A stretch of 64,000 bases of DNA. Source: Desulfobacterales bacterium (GTDB lineage Bacteria > Desulfobacterota > Desulfobacteria > Desulfobacterales > UBA2245). The notes beneath the pieces were generated by a model, which saw only the letters and a list, made by a program, of their open reading frames with translations, searched no databases and was not told the origin of the DNA. Position numbers and translations under genes: made by a program. Position 1 is the stretch's first letter. Each line of letters starts with the position of its first letter. The stretch covers positions 124,001 through 188,000 of the forward strand of contig JAXGZF010000003.1 in the NCBI GenBank assembly GCA_040771865.1, in the 5' to 3' direction. This document shows positions 9,715-19,203 of the stretch, one piece after another.

Positions 9715-10251
9715 TCAGAGTTCCATAGTTTCCACCTGCAGAACCCAATCCACCGATTTTTCATTTTTTCCTTTTTTGGTAATCGACATCCGTTTAACCG
9801 AAACCATCTGATCGGAAGCCTCGATCCTGTACAGATAGGTTGCCAGCTGCTTGAGGGTGATGTCCTGCAGCTTCATCTCCACCTGGGAAATCTTGTAGGG
9901 GCTGTCCTTCTGTTCGGTCTTCGCGGGCTTCATGTACGCAATATGTTCCTTGATGCGGGTTTCTCCAGCCAACTGATCCATGAAGGCAAACAGGGTGAAA
10001 TTCGGACTTCTGCTTTCGTAGCGTCCGAGGGTCAGATCTCCCCGGGTTCGCATGGTCTCGTATTCGGCCCTCAACGCCGTGATCTGATCAAGAACGGCGG
10101 TCTTAACTTCAACACCCCGCATCAGCCGGGAACGTTTCTCCACCAGGGGAAAGATTCCGAACTGAACGATTATAAACAGGCCGAGAAATCCGGCTGCAGC
10201 GTAAACGATGATTTTTTCCCGCCGGTTGAGTTTTCTCGTCATGCGTTGCAT
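9715..10251 (-). CDS. gspM: Type II secretion protein GspM
   Basis: LNRREK followed by TM, coiled coil and ferredoxin-like C-terminus (LKQLATYLYRIE). Follows gspL. Confidence 0.85.
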   Translation of the reverse strand: MQRMTRKLNRREKIIVYAAAGFLGLFIIVQFGIFPLVEKRSRLMRGVEVKTAVLDQITALRAEYETMRTRGDLTLGRYESRSPNFTLFAFMDQLAGETRIKEHIAYMKPAKTEQKDSPYKISQVEMKLQDITLKQLATYLYRIEASDQMVSVKRMSITKKGKNEKSVDWVLQVETMEL

Positions 10252-10254
10252 TCC

Positions 10255-11688
10255 TTAAAATTGCAGTTTCAGCTTGAACTGAACCCGGTTGCTGGTGCGA
10301 TCCATGTTGGCGGCGGTGATGGTCACGGTTTTGAAGAGCTCTCCCTTTTCCAGGCGGTTCTTGATTTCATCCACCGCGTTGAAGGTATCAGTGGTTCCGG
10401 AGACAACCACACCGTCGCTTCCGGACACGAAACTGGTCAATTCCACATCCACGGATGAGGGAATCCGGGTGCTGATTTCATTGAGCATGTCCAGGTGCCG
10501 GACTGGGTTTTCGCCGGATTGCGGAACGGCATATCGGCTTCGAATTTCATTGATCTTCTGCTGCATCTGCTGAAGGGGATCCACGATCCGGGTCACCTCG
10601 GGAAAGGTTGAGGCAAACTGGGCATGGATGCGGCTGTCGAGCAGGGTCATCCTTTTTTCCAGGCCATGTAGGTCCGTGAAGATATTGATGCCGGCCAGCA
10701 GCAGAACCACACCCGCCAGAATGCCGGTCTGAATCAGGGAGTTTTTGTGTTCCGCCCAGCGTTTTTTCAGAGTGCTTCTTCGAAAACTTATTCCTTCAAA
10801 GCGATTGTGGGCGGTCAAAGCAAGAGCAAGGGCATAATCCATCTGCGGGCTTTGCCAGGGATCAGTCCGGGACCGGCTCAGTCCGTGATCAATGTCCTGA
10901 AAAAGATTCAAACGGGCAACCGGACAGCCCATGGCATCGGAAAGCGGAATCAGGTTTTCGGCCGAATCGGAATCACCTCCGCACCAATAGATTTTTTCGC
11001 AGGCAGCTTCTTTGAATCCTGCCTCTTCAAAGGCGCTCAGGGTCTGAAGGATGCTTCGGCGAATGATGGCCGTCCGATCCGATTCAAAGGGCAATGCAAA
11101 TGAACGCAGAACCGCCAGCTGGGCCCCGGAAATTAAGGCCAGAACTCCATGAGCGGCCTCAGTGCACAGGATCAAACAGTTCTGGGGAATATTCCCGAGA
11201 TGCATCAGGCACTGAACCATCGCATAAGCACGGGGAGTGATGATTTCAGGTTCAAGACCGGCATTGCGGACCGGCGCCAGAAAGGACTGAAGCCTGGATT
11301 TTTCGATGGCCGCGGCAATAAGCCGGTTATGATCGGCGGATTTGACTAGGTGGAAGTCAATGACCAGTTCATCGACGGGAAGGGGGAGGTACGCTTCCAG
11401 CTCAAAAGGCAGAATCTGTCGAATCTTTCGGGTCTCCTTGAACGGAACTCGAAGATTGCGAAAAAAAACCTCATGCGCGGGAAAGCCCGTTGCGCACAGG
11501 CATTCGGCCGAATTCAGACCGGTCGAGACCCCCTTGAGACATTCGGTCAATCCTTCCGCTTCCGGAAGGTTCGAAGGAAGGGTAAAGCTGGCTTCGAAAT
11601 CAATCCACGAACCTTTCAGGCCGCTCTTGATGATGACCGCCGACACGGTGTTCTTCTGAATGTCCAGCCCCAGTATCGATTTATTCAT
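10255..11688 (-). CDS. gspL: Type II secretion protein GspL (PilM-like cytoplasmic plus PilN-like periplasmic domain)
   Basis: ILGLDI actin-like start, RNLRVPF...QILPFELE, a single TM and a PilN-like C-terminus. Confidence 0.88.
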   Translation of the reverse strand: MNKSILGLDIQKNTVSAVIIKSGLKGSWIDFEASFTLPSNLPEAEGLTECLKGVSTGLNSAECLCATGFPAHEVFFRNLRVPFKETRKIRQILPFELEAYLPLPVDELVIDFHLVKSADHNRLIAAAIEKSRLQSFLAPVRNAGLEPEIITPRAYAMVQCLMHLGNIPQNCLILCTEAAHGVLALISGAQLAVLRSFALPFESDRTAIIRRSILQTLSAFEEAGFKEAACEKIYWCGGDSDSAENLIPLSDAMGCPVARLNLFQDIDHGLSRSRTDPWQSPQMDYALALALTAHNRFEGISFRRSTLKKRWAEHKNSLIQTGILAGVVLLLAGINIFTDLHGLEKRMTLLDSRIHAQFASTFPEVTRIVDPLQQMQQKINEIRSRYAVPQSGENPVRHLDMLNEISTRIPSSVDVELTSFVSGSDGVVVSGTTDTFNAVDEIKNRLEKGELFKTVTITAANMDRTSNRVQFKLKLQF

Positions 11689-11750
11689 TCAGTTTTCCGA
11701 ATTCAAAAATATCCGCGATAAATGATGGCATTTCTGCCTATAAAATAAAA

Positions 11751-12818
11751 TCACTGCCATTGCAATATCCTGCATTGCCATACGCCGGTTTTCGAATCCT
11801 GCTGCCGTTCGACCACGACGTCGGCGGCATAACGCATTCCGGGCAGCTCGGCCGTGGCTCGAATTCTGAAAATATCGCTTTGCGTGGTGATCAAACGGGA
11901 ATCGATCTGAATGTCGCTGCATCCCGGAACATCCTTGTACCAGGTGGGCGATGTCAAATCATGAGTATAAACGCCGCCCGAATTTTCCAGGCGGTATTCG
12001 TAAATGGCAAGGGCCAGGTCCTGGTTTTCTCCGGGCAGCAGAGCGGCCAGTACGGGCATGTCAGCGGTATTGATATTAATTTTTCCTGAATAGGAAAAGC
12101 GGTCTTCGAAGACCGCGGCCCCGTATACCGTGATGAATTCGGAAATGCCGGGAATATCTCCCCGTCCGTAAAAAAGTTCGGGGAACACCCCTTTGACCTG
12201 CAGCAGTTCTCCAACATGGGTAAGCGGACCGTTGCGGCAGGAATAGGGAGGATTCAGGGACTGATAATATTCGGACTCGGCCCCGCTGAGTCCGGTGAGT
12301 GACCCTCCTTCCCCGGAATCGATCCAGTCAATCAGGGAATTGACGATGGCTGTGGGCGAACTTTCCTCGGGAAGTTCTTCATATGGAAAGGCGGCGATTG
12401 TGAAGGCCTGTTCCCAGATCAGGCGAAGAGCGCCGTCGGGATCCGTTCCCTCGGGAAACATAACCAGTGCGTTGACCTGAAGTCTGGCCATCTCGTCGCT
12501 GATGACACAGCGGACCCCTCCTCTTTCAAAGGAAAGCACATCCAGGGCCTGCCGCACTTTTTCGGGATCTGCCCAGTCTTCCTGAACCGAATCGATATCC
12601 GATTCCATCCGGTCCTGAATCAGCATGCCCATGGCCGCCTGAACTGCCGAAGCGGCCATCTGGCCAAGGATCAGCCGGTCTTTGACTCCGGCCCCCCTGA
12701 TTGCGGTTTCCCGCGACTGACGATGCAGCTCCAGAGCCAGACTGACCAGAAGGGACAGTATGCCCAGGGTGATGATCAGGGCGATGCCGCGGCGATTCCC
12801 CAGGGTCTTATGAATCAT
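11751..12818 (-). CDS. gspK: Minor pseudopilin GspK
   Basis: RRG|IALIITL prepilin site lacking E5, plus DE.ARLQVN, IDWID and KININTA motifs. Confidence 0.93.
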   Translation of the reverse strand: MIHKTLGNRRGIALIITLGILSLLVSLALELHRQSRETAIRGAGVKDRLILGQMAASAVQAAMGMLIQDRMESDIDSVQEDWADPEKVRQALDVLSFERGGVRCVISDEMARLQVNALVMFPEGTDPDGALRLIWEQAFTIAAFPYEELPEESSPTAIVNSLIDWIDSGEGGSLTGLSGAESEYYQSLNPPYSCRNGPLTHVGELLQVKGVFPELFYGRGDIPGISEFITVYGAAVFEDRFSYSGKININTADMPVLAALLPGENQDLALAIYEYRLENSGGVYTHDLTSPTWYKDVPGCSDIQIDSRLITTQSDIFRIRATAELPGMRYAADVVVERQQDSKTGVWQCRILQWQ

Positions 12819-13537
12819 TTCAATGGCTCCCGGATCACGGGCAGATGGACCCGTGTCTGATAAATCTGCGTATTTTCCGAATCTCCGATTTCAAGACGGA
12901 TGCCGACAGCCGAAGGAGTTGCATGTTTACAAGCATCTGATTCAGAGTCCCAGGCATCGAATTCCTGTCCTGTATGGTCATAGTAGGTCAGCTTGAAGCC
13001 CCGCACGTGAAAACACAGCGCAGGATCATCGCGGTCCGAATCTAGGGATTCATCCCGAAACAGCCGGTCCGACCGTTTCAGGACAAAACCGTTCCGCACG
13101 TCATTTTTCACCTGATAGACGATTTCGGCCACCCCTTGCGGGAAATCCCTTCGTGAGGGCACATGCGAAACAGAAGCGAACTTGAGACGCGAAAAATTTT
13201 CCCGTCCCTCCGTAACCTGATCCCCGACAACGGCATAAGGATCTGCGTTGGCGTCAGAATTCGAGTGCCTGTATTGCGGGGGCAACATGACGTGAATGCC
13301 GGTCAGATCGATAATGATCCGGTCGAGGCAGTTCCTGGCCATTTCAAAGTCCGTGCGGAACTGCTCCAGCGTGCCGGCGTTGGAAAAAACCGCCCTGTAA
13401 GCGCCGAAAAGCGTGGTGACGATGATCGCAAGAATAAAAACCGAAATCATCAGCTCCACCAGCGTAAAGCCAGCTCTGCCGAGGGCGGCGGGTCTTTCCG
13501 TCTCGAAGTCGCTTTGGGTCTGTTGAAAGATGATCAT
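12815..13537 (-). CDS. gspJ: Minor pseudopilin GspJ
   Basis: RAG|FTLVELMI N-methylation site. Lies between gspI and gspK. Confidence 0.85.
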   Translation of the reverse strand: MIIFQQTQSDFETERPAALGRAGFTLVELMISVFILAIIVTTLFGAYRAVFSNAGTLEQFRTDFEMARNCLDRIIIDLTGIHVMLPPQYRHSNSDANADPYAVVGDQVTEGRENFSRLKFASVSHVPSRRDFPQGVAEIVYQVKNDVRNGFVLKRSDRLFRDESLDSDRDDPALCFHVRGFKLTYYDHTGQEFDAWDSESDACKHATPSAVGIRLEIGDSENTQIYQTRVHLPVIREPLK

Positions 13538-13544
13538 CGTGCGC

Positions 13545-13919
13545 TCAGGGCAATATGTATCGATAGGTCCGCAGTGCGTATTGATCTTCATTCGGATTCC
13601 GAATGAGGATATCGATTTTTTTCAAACGCCAGCGGGAGTGTTCGGAAAGATTCGAGGCCGCATCCTCAACAAGGATATGCCAGGAATATCCGGAAAATTC
13701 TTTTTCAAAAACACCCGATTCAACTGCCGGAATGCTGTTCTCGATCTGAGCCAGCTTTTCCTGGGCCAGCAGGGCGGCAATCGTATAAAATTTCGCCTGG
13801 CGATCGACAAACAGGGTCTGCGAATGCATCCGCAGCACGGCCGTCAGCACGATGGCGAGAATGCCGAGCGCCACCATGGTTTCCAGCAGGGTAAAACCCG
13901 ATGCCGTCCGTTGAGGCAT
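13545..13919 (-). CDS. gspI: Minor pseudopilin GspI
   Basis: SG|FTLLETMVALGILAI, A..LAQEKL and ESG.F motifs. Start uncertain. Confidence 0.85.
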   Translation of the reverse strand: MPQRTASGFTLLETMVALGILAIVLTAVLRMHSQTLFVDRQAKFYTIAALLAQEKLAQIENSIPAVESGVFEKEFSGYSWHILVEDAASNLSEHSRWRLKKIDILIRNPNEDQYALRTYRYILP

Positions 13920-13935
13920 TTGTTCATGCAGCGTT

Positions 13936-14454
13936 TTACAGCCCAAACCCCAGATAGCCATCATGCTGTTCCACATTATTGAGAAAGGTTTCCACCAGAA
14001 ACGAACGTTTGCGGTCTTCTTCTGCCAGATGAATCCATGCCCGGTCCGAAAATCCCCGGGAATAAAAACAAATTTCAGCGTTCCCGCCGGACAGGACCGG
14101 TTCTCCCGGAAACTCTACGTCCAAGATTCGAATGCTTTCGGATAGCCGGAAACCCTCCTTCCGGGCGGCATCGCGCTGCTCGTCGGTCATATCGGGGCTG
14201 GAAACCCAAAGAATGTTGTCCCGCATATCCAGATGAAGCGACAAATCGATCTGCTGCTGAATGGCCTGTTCCTTTAGACGGGGGATATTGATGACCAGCC
14301 ACTGGGAGGCTTGCCGCATATTCCCGGCCGTATGAATTTTTTCCAGGCGGGGAATGCTCAGAAACAGAACCAGGCTGATAAGTGCGCATACCACCACCAG
14401 CTCGATCAGGGTAAAGCCACGGTTATCGGGCGTGGGCTGATCCATGTTCTTCAC
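13936..14454 (-). CDS. gspH: Minor pseudopilin GspH
   Basis: RG|FTLIELVVV and a C-terminal 'ICFYSRG' (F.P.G-like) motif. Follows gspG. Confidence 0.82.
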   Translation of the reverse strand: MKNMDQPTPDNRGFTLIELVVVCALISLVLFLSIPRLEKIHTAGNMRQASQWLVINIPRLKEQAIQQQIDLSLHLDMRDNILWVSSPDMTDEQRDAARKEGFRLSESIRILDVEFPGEPVLSGGNAEICFYSRGFSDRAWIHLAEEDRKRSFLVETFLNNVEQHDGYLGFGL

Positions 14455-14463
14455 GAGCCCCGG

Positions 14464-14919
14464 CTATTCGATCTCCCAGCTGTTGATGTCCATGTCGGCA
14501 TCTTCTCCGCCCGGAACGCCGTCGGCCCCGTAGGAGATGATGTCGAATTCGCCGTTCACGCCCGGGCATAGATAGATGAAATCATTCTTCCACGGATCCT
14601 TGGGAATTTTGTTCTTTTCCATATATCCGCCCTTTCTCCAGGCCCTGGGAACCGGCGGCGAGGCGGGCATTTCCACCAGAGCCGCCAGGCCCTGTTCGGT
14701 GGTTGGATACATATCGTTGTCCAGCCGGTACATCTTTAATGCGGTTTCGAGGCTCTGAATCTGCATCTTGGCCTTCAGCTGCTTGGCCTCGTCCGGGCGG
14801 CCCATGATTTTTGGCAAAAGGACTCCGGCAAGAATGCCCAGAATCACAATTACCACCATCAGCTCGATGAGGGTAAACCCGTACGGATTTTTCAGTCTCA
14901 TAAAGGTCTTTTTTTTCAT
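14464..14919 (-). CDS. gspG: Major pseudopilin GspG
   Basis: [36 protein letters not shown] and SYGADG..GGE motifs. GGAGG RBS. Confidence 0.96.
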   Translation of the reverse strand: MKKKTFMRLKNPYGFTLIELMVVIVILGILAGVLLPKIMGRPDEAKQLKAKMQIQSLETALKMYRLDNDMYPTTEQGLAALVEMPASPPVPRAWRKGGYMEKNKIPKDPWKNDFIYLCPGVNGEFDIISYGADGVPGGEDADMDINSWEIE

Positions 14920-14998
14920 CCGGCCTCCAATCAATCCATTGAATATTCACTCTCAAATCAACCCCCCCTTCAGGGATTGCCCAGAGTATCATATCCCT

Positions 14999-15652
14999 TT
15001 ACGGCATGCAAACCGCCCCTGCCGCAAGTGTAATGACAAAAAGTGCAGTATTTCCAAGTACATGAACCACAATGGGAACTATCAGGTTCTTTTCAATTTC
15101 ATAGGCAACGGCAAAGGCAAGTCCTCCGATAATCTGAGTGACCGGAACTTCTGAGAATGAGTGCGCCGCCGCAAATGCCGCCGTACTGCCCAACAGCGCC
15201 CATCCGAACCCCCAGGATCTGAGATATCCGTAAATCACGCCGCGGAAAAACAACTCTTCCGCCACAGGTCCGAGCAGGCTTCCCACAACAAAAAACAAAA
15301 CCATGCCGGCGGCCGGAAACCGCACATGAAACAGCCGAAGTGGATCGATATGAAACAGCGTCAGGCACAGCGCCAGCAGTCCGGCAAAAACGGCAAAACA
15401 CGAAGACCAGAGCAGCCCTCTGTAAAGTCCGGTCAGAATCCGGTCTTTCGTCAGCCCCAGGCATGCCAGATTTCCCGTTTGAAAACGAACAATCCCCGCC
15501 AGCAGCCCGGTTTCAACCATCCGTGCGCCGGCAAGAAGCCAGAGTCGATATCCAGACAGGCGGAAGGATGCCGTCGTAAGAATGAGCTCGATTGTAAATA
15601 CAGCGAAAACGCTGATCAGGAGGATTTTTGCATCAATATGGCGGGTTTCCAT
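14999..15652 (-). CDS. CPBP-family (CAAX/Abi) glutamic-type intramembrane protease
   Basis: Multi-TM protein with EELFFRG (EExxxR), FAAAH (FxxxH) and HVLGN (HxxxN). AAGGAG RBS before ATG 15652. Confidence 0.88.
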   Translation of the reverse strand: METRHIDAKILLISVFAVFTIELILTTASFRLSGYRLWLLAGARMVETGLLAGIVRFQTGNLACLGLTKDRILTGLYRGLLWSSCFAVFAGLLALCLTLFHIDPLRLFHVRFPAAGMVLFFVVGSLLGPVAEELFFRGVIYGYLRSWGFGWALLGSTAAFAAAHSFSEVPVTQIIGGLAFAVAYEIEKNLIVPIVVHVLGNTALFVITLAAGAVCMP

Positions 15653-17112
15653 CCCAGGCTCCTTAATGCCTTGTATGCATACCATTGAACATAGTCATGC
15701 CGCAGGCCTGAGATTCTGGAGACGATGACTTCCACCGATCGTGAATTACCGCGCCTCCCCAAGGCCTGAAACGCCATGCAAGCCACATTGGCCTGAGGAT
15801 CGTCGAGAAAATTCTGAATCAGGGCAAGGGTCTCCGGTTTACGGCTGACTCCCAGACATTTGACCAGCCAGTAGCGTTCGACGGCATGTTCACTTGAAAG
15901 CAGACCTGTATAAACGGGGTAGTCGGCGATTTCCAAGTTTTTTCTGGCAACCGTTTTCAGCGCCGCCACCCGGTTCCGCAGCTGTGAAGCTCCCAGAGCG
16001 TCCGGTATCCGATCGTTGTCGAGATCTCCGGGCCGGCTTGCGTAAAAAAAAGCCAGAAGGACCACTCCGGCTCCCAGGCAGACACCGGCGGCCCAAAAGG
16101 AAGCGTGTCCGGACTTCAAGGTTCGGGCGATCATGGCTGCCGCACCGTAGATGCCCATATAGCAGAGAACCGGCAACCCGATCAGAACGGTTGTCAGGGT
16201 AAATTGCCTGTAAAAAAGCCATTGATCGGTTTTTTCTGAAAACTCGGCGATGATGCGAGAGGTCTTTGAAAAAAAAGTCTGAACCGGGGTCTGAACCACC
16301 GATCTCGAGTCGTGTTCCAGCACCAGAAGATCCCCTGCCTGCCGGATCCAGAGATCGCAGAAGTCCGGATGCCGCATTTTCAGATAATCGAAATTGACAA
16401 GCCTTTTTTCAATCTCTGCCTGCAAAGCGGGTTCCACGCCCGCATCAAAGCCGACGGTTTTGATCAGTTTCTGATTCATCGATTTGAAGACTTCTGCGGG
16501 ATAAAGGGTGTAACGGTAATAAAAATCGTTTATATCCCGGCCCAGGGAATTCGACAGCAGCAAACCGTCACGGAAATCGATCATCATGTGCGCGTCCATC
16601 TGACTCAGCCACATTCCGGCCAGTATCGCCGCCGGAAGCACCGCAGCGGCCAGACGCCTCCGGTCAAGCCTTTCGGCGGGCATCCACCGGATTGCGGACA
16701 GAAAGGAGACGGCAGGGGCTGCCAGGAAAACGGCCGTAATCCAAGGGCAGAATCCCTTTGCGTTGGCCGCACAGATACAGACAACCCATGGCAGGCACAA
16801 AGCGCTCAGCACCATCCGTCTTCGGCCGCCCAGCCGATCCCATACCCAGGCTCCGGCCAGAGCGCCCAGGCTCAGGAAAGCGCCGACGCTCAGGGAAAAA
16901 AACAGGGCTCCGTAAAAAGCGGAATCGATTCTCGTCAGATTGAAGGCGGTTGTTGCGTTGGGAACCACCAGATACCCGGCATCGGCCATCGCCTTGATCC
17001 GTTCATAAAGCTTGTGGTTTGCAGCGTATATCTGCAGGAAAAAAAGCATCTGGGATGTCAGCAGACCGGCTGCAAGGCTCTTGGAGACGTATATGCCGCT
17101 TCGTGTCCTCAT
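15616..17112 (-). CDS. Multi-pass membrane protein with C-terminal HEAT/PBS-lyase-like repeats
   Basis: Several TM segments, then RVAALK, ERYWLVKCLG, VACMAFQALG and VQWYAYKAL HEAT-like helices. Overlaps the CPBP gene start. Confidence 0.7.
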   Translation of the reverse strand: MRTRSGIYVSKSLAAGLLTSQMLFFLQIYAANHKLYERIKAMADAGYLVVPNATTAFNLTRIDSAFYGALFFSLSVGAFLSLGALAGAWVWDRLGGRRRMVLSALCLPWVVCICAANAKGFCPWITAVFLAAPAVSFLSAIRWMPAERLDRRRLAAAVLPAAILAGMWLSQMDAHMMIDFRDGLLLSNSLGRDINDFYYRYTLYPAEVFKSMNQKLIKTVGFDAGVEPALQAEIEKRLVNFDYLKMRHPDFCDLWIRQAGDLLVLEHDSRSVVQTPVQTFFSKTSRIIAEFSEKTDQWLFYRQFTLTTVLIGLPVLCYMGIYGAAAMIARTLKSGHASFWAAGVCLGAGVVLLAFFYASRPGDLDNDRIPDALGASQLRNRVAALKTVARKNLEIADYPVYTGLLSSEHAVERYWLVKCLGVSRKPETLALIQNFLDDPQANVACMAFQALGRRGNSRSVEVIVSRISGLRHDYVQWYAYKALRSLGWKPAILMQKSS

Positions 17113-17319
17113 GAAGATTCTGTTCCGCAAATGAATGAATATTTCGGGAGCGCCGCCGAGAAACCGTTGAAAACCTAACACGCTTTCAAGCGGCAAGCCA
17201 CTGATTTTTAGAAAAGACCCATTGACGCCGGACTCCTGAAAATTTTTCGCTGAAATGGCTGACGGTCTTACAATATTTTATTAAAACCAAGCCACACACA
17301 TCAACCCATCAAATCGGAC

Positions 17320-17351
17320 AAAAAAACCGGGAAGCAGCATCTGCTTCCCGG
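17320..17351 (-). terminator. Rho-independent terminator after the poly-Gly protein gene
   Basis: Perfect 11-bp stem CCGGGAAGCAG/CTGCTTCCCGG (17327-17351). The adjacent A-run reads as a U-tail on the minus strand. Confidence 0.85.
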
Positions 17352-17396
17352 CCAATGTGTTTTGATTTGTTACTGAAGCGGGCGTTATATGTCCGG

Positions 17397-18245
17397 TTAC
17401 CGGCCGCCGCCGCCACCGCCGCCACCGCCGCCGCCACCGCCGCCACCGCCGCCACCGCCGCCGCCGCCGCCACCCGATGACTTGCTTACGCTCTGGGCGG
17501 TCTCACCGCGACTGATTCCAGCCGCATAAGATTTGGCAAGCTGATGGACTGAGGAGGAACGCGCCTGGCTGACAAAGGATTGCCGCAACATTTTCGTATC
17601 TGCGGCGCTGTAACCATTCCGCAGGCCATTGACCATCATGTTGACCGTCATATCGGCAGGCACGCCCAATCGCATCATGTCGCGGGTCGCCAGCATGGTT
17701 TGAACACACAACTCGAATGCCTCGGCCTGATTGCCCGTCATCGTTTGGACCCGGTTTTCAAGCTGGGCCACGATGCGTTCCATGGATTGGGTTGTCAATC
17801 CGGCTGCCATGGCGTCTACGGAAATATTGCCGATTCTTTGAACCGTGGCCTGATCTTTTGCCAGATTTCGTGCAAATTGATATGAAGCAGCATACCTGGA
17901 TTGAACCTGCTGCATGGCCGCAAGGATCGCCTGCGCATCCACCTGTTTGGCCATGCCTTCGTAAGCCTTGTTTATGATAGCCCTTTCAGGTAATATCTGT
18001 GTTCGAGCTTCCATCACAATCCGTTGCGCCGCTATGACCTCGCGTTCCTGAAAACGGTTCTGAATCATGGCCCGGGTCATTTTGATCGCGTCCTCGCTGT
18101 CCACGCCGAAACGGATCATGGCCCGGGTATTGGTTCTGAGCTGGTTGCTCACCGGCTCGGGCAGCAGCTGATCGACTTCGTCGGCCCATACGGCAGCAGA
18201 TAAAAAGAAAAGCACCGCCGTAACAGTTGCAAATATGTTTTTCAT
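17397..18245 (-). CDS. Exported hypothetical protein, helical, with C-terminal 24-Gly tail
   Basis: Sec signal peptide MKNIFATVTAVLFFLSAAVWA|DE, an AAGGGGG RBS-like sequence and a terminator downstream. Confidence 0.8.
   Translation of the reverse strand: MKNIFATVTAVLFFLSAAVWADEVDQLLPEPVSNQLRTNTRAMIRFGVDSEDAIKMTRAMIQNRFQEREVIAAQRIVMEARTQILPERAIINKAYEGMAKQVDAQAILAAMQQVQSRYAASYQFARNLAKDQATVQRIGNISVDAMAAGLTTQSMERIVAQLENRVQTMTGNQAEAFELCVQTMLATRDMMRLGVPADMTVNMMVNGLRNGYSAADTKMLRQSFVSQARSSSVHQLAKSYAAGISRGETAQSVSKSSGGGGGGGGGGGGGGGGGGGGGGGGR
17403..17474 (-). repeat. (GGC/GGT)24 trinucleotide repeat encoding poly-Gly
   Basis: 72 nt of GCC/ACC triplets on the + strand. Confidence 0.95.
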
Positions 18246-18286
18246 GCTTCCCCCTTATTTTTTTGTTATTTTGCTTTTCTGCCTTG

Positions 18287-18313
18287 AGAACGATCCTTAG
18301 ACGGAATGGTTAC
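18287..18313 (-). promoter_or_regulatory. Putative ECF sigma promoter for the poly-Gly protein gene
   Basis: Minus strand GTAAC-cattccgtctaaggat(16 nt)-CGTTCT. Same architecture as the promoter before the ECF gene. Confidence 0.65.
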
Positions 18314-18630
18314 GGTATCGGCGCGTAAATACAGTTTTTGGATCCAAAATCATCATATTCCGTATACCTGCACTCAGTCGGCAGAAAAATACGTCCGTCA
18401 ACCCGGTAAAAATAGCTAAATTCGGTCTTGTCGGGTACGGTGACCCGCCAGAGGTTTTTGCTCTGCTGACAGGCCTTTTGTGGCTGGTAATTGTCCAAGG
18501 ATGAAAAAAAATAAACCTCGTGCGCCTTGGTGCGCAGAAAAATATCCGCAGAATTGCCGGAAACCCTGTAATAATGGCTTGCACATCCAGTAAGCAGCAA
18601 TACTGCCGCAATCGTCCAGAGTTTTTTCAT
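18310..18630 (-). CDS. Small lipoprotein with degenerate CBM48/E-set (glycogen-binding-like) domain
   Basis: Lipobox LLTG|C. The YFYRVDG...DDFGSKNCI segment resembles the C-terminus of the adjacent anti-sigma. Confidence 0.7.
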   Translation of the reverse strand: MKKLWTIAAVLLLTGCASHYYRVSGNSADIFLRTKAHEVYFFSSLDNYQPQKACQQSKNLWRVTVPDKTEFSYFYRVDGRIFLPTECRYTEYDDFGSKNCIYAPIP

Positions 18631-19193
18631 GTTTTCGCCCCCACATGTAAAATAGAGTTTTCACCTCCAAAATCATCTTTTTCCCGGGTTAAAATGGTCG
18701 GATCCGGCAGGCGCCCGATGCCTTCGATCAGATACGAAAATCGGTGCTCTCCTTCGGGAAGATTCAGCACAATCTCCCAATAGCCGGTGGTGCCGATCCG
18801 GTTCATGGGCGTTTTTTTCCACTGGGTGAAAGTGCCCACAATGTCGGTCTGGCTTGCCTGGGGCTGATAGATGACAAACCGGCAGGGCAAGGCTGGGGCG
18901 CTGGGTTCCCTTCCGCTAACGAGCATGAAAAACAACAGCACAGCCGCTGCGGCCGCCAATGCCGGCACAAGGGGCCACAGCCGGCGCCATTCGGCAAACC
19001 AGTTCCGCTTTTGTGGAAAAACGTCAAAAACCGGTTCCCGGTAAACAAATTCCTGCCGCAGGGCTTTTTCGAACTGAATGAGTTCAATTGTTTCGTTTTT
19101 AAAGGACCGGTCGCCATGAACCTTTTCCACAAACTGAATTTTCTCATCCATGGTCAGTTCATCGTCTATGTACATGCTGATCCATTCTTGCAT
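18627..19193 (-). CDS. Putative anti-sigma factor with C-terminal CBM48/AMPK-beta-like glycogen-binding domain
   Basis: N-terminal ISMYIDDEL anti-sigma-like helix, one TM, then IVGTFTQW...GYWEIVLNLPEGEHRFSYLIEG...PDP...DDFGGENS. AGGAG RBS. Confidence 0.8.
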   Translation of the reverse strand: MQEWISMYIDDELTMDEKIQFVEKVHGDRSFKNETIELIQFEKALRQEFVYREPVFDVFPQKRNWFAEWRRLWPLVPALAAAAAVLLFFMLVSGREPSAPALPCRFVIYQPQASQTDIVGTFTQWKKTPMNRIGTTGYWEIVLNLPEGEHRFSYLIEGIGRLPDPTILTREKDDFGGENSILHVGAKT

Positions 19194-19203
19194 GATAAAA
19201 CTC

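Noticed and set aside
17185..17200. Sigma-54-like site TGGCTT-N5-TTGA upstream of the HEAT/CPBP/gsp genes
   Set aside because: The -12 element has GA instead of GC and the -24 element is imperfect, so it is too weak to call.
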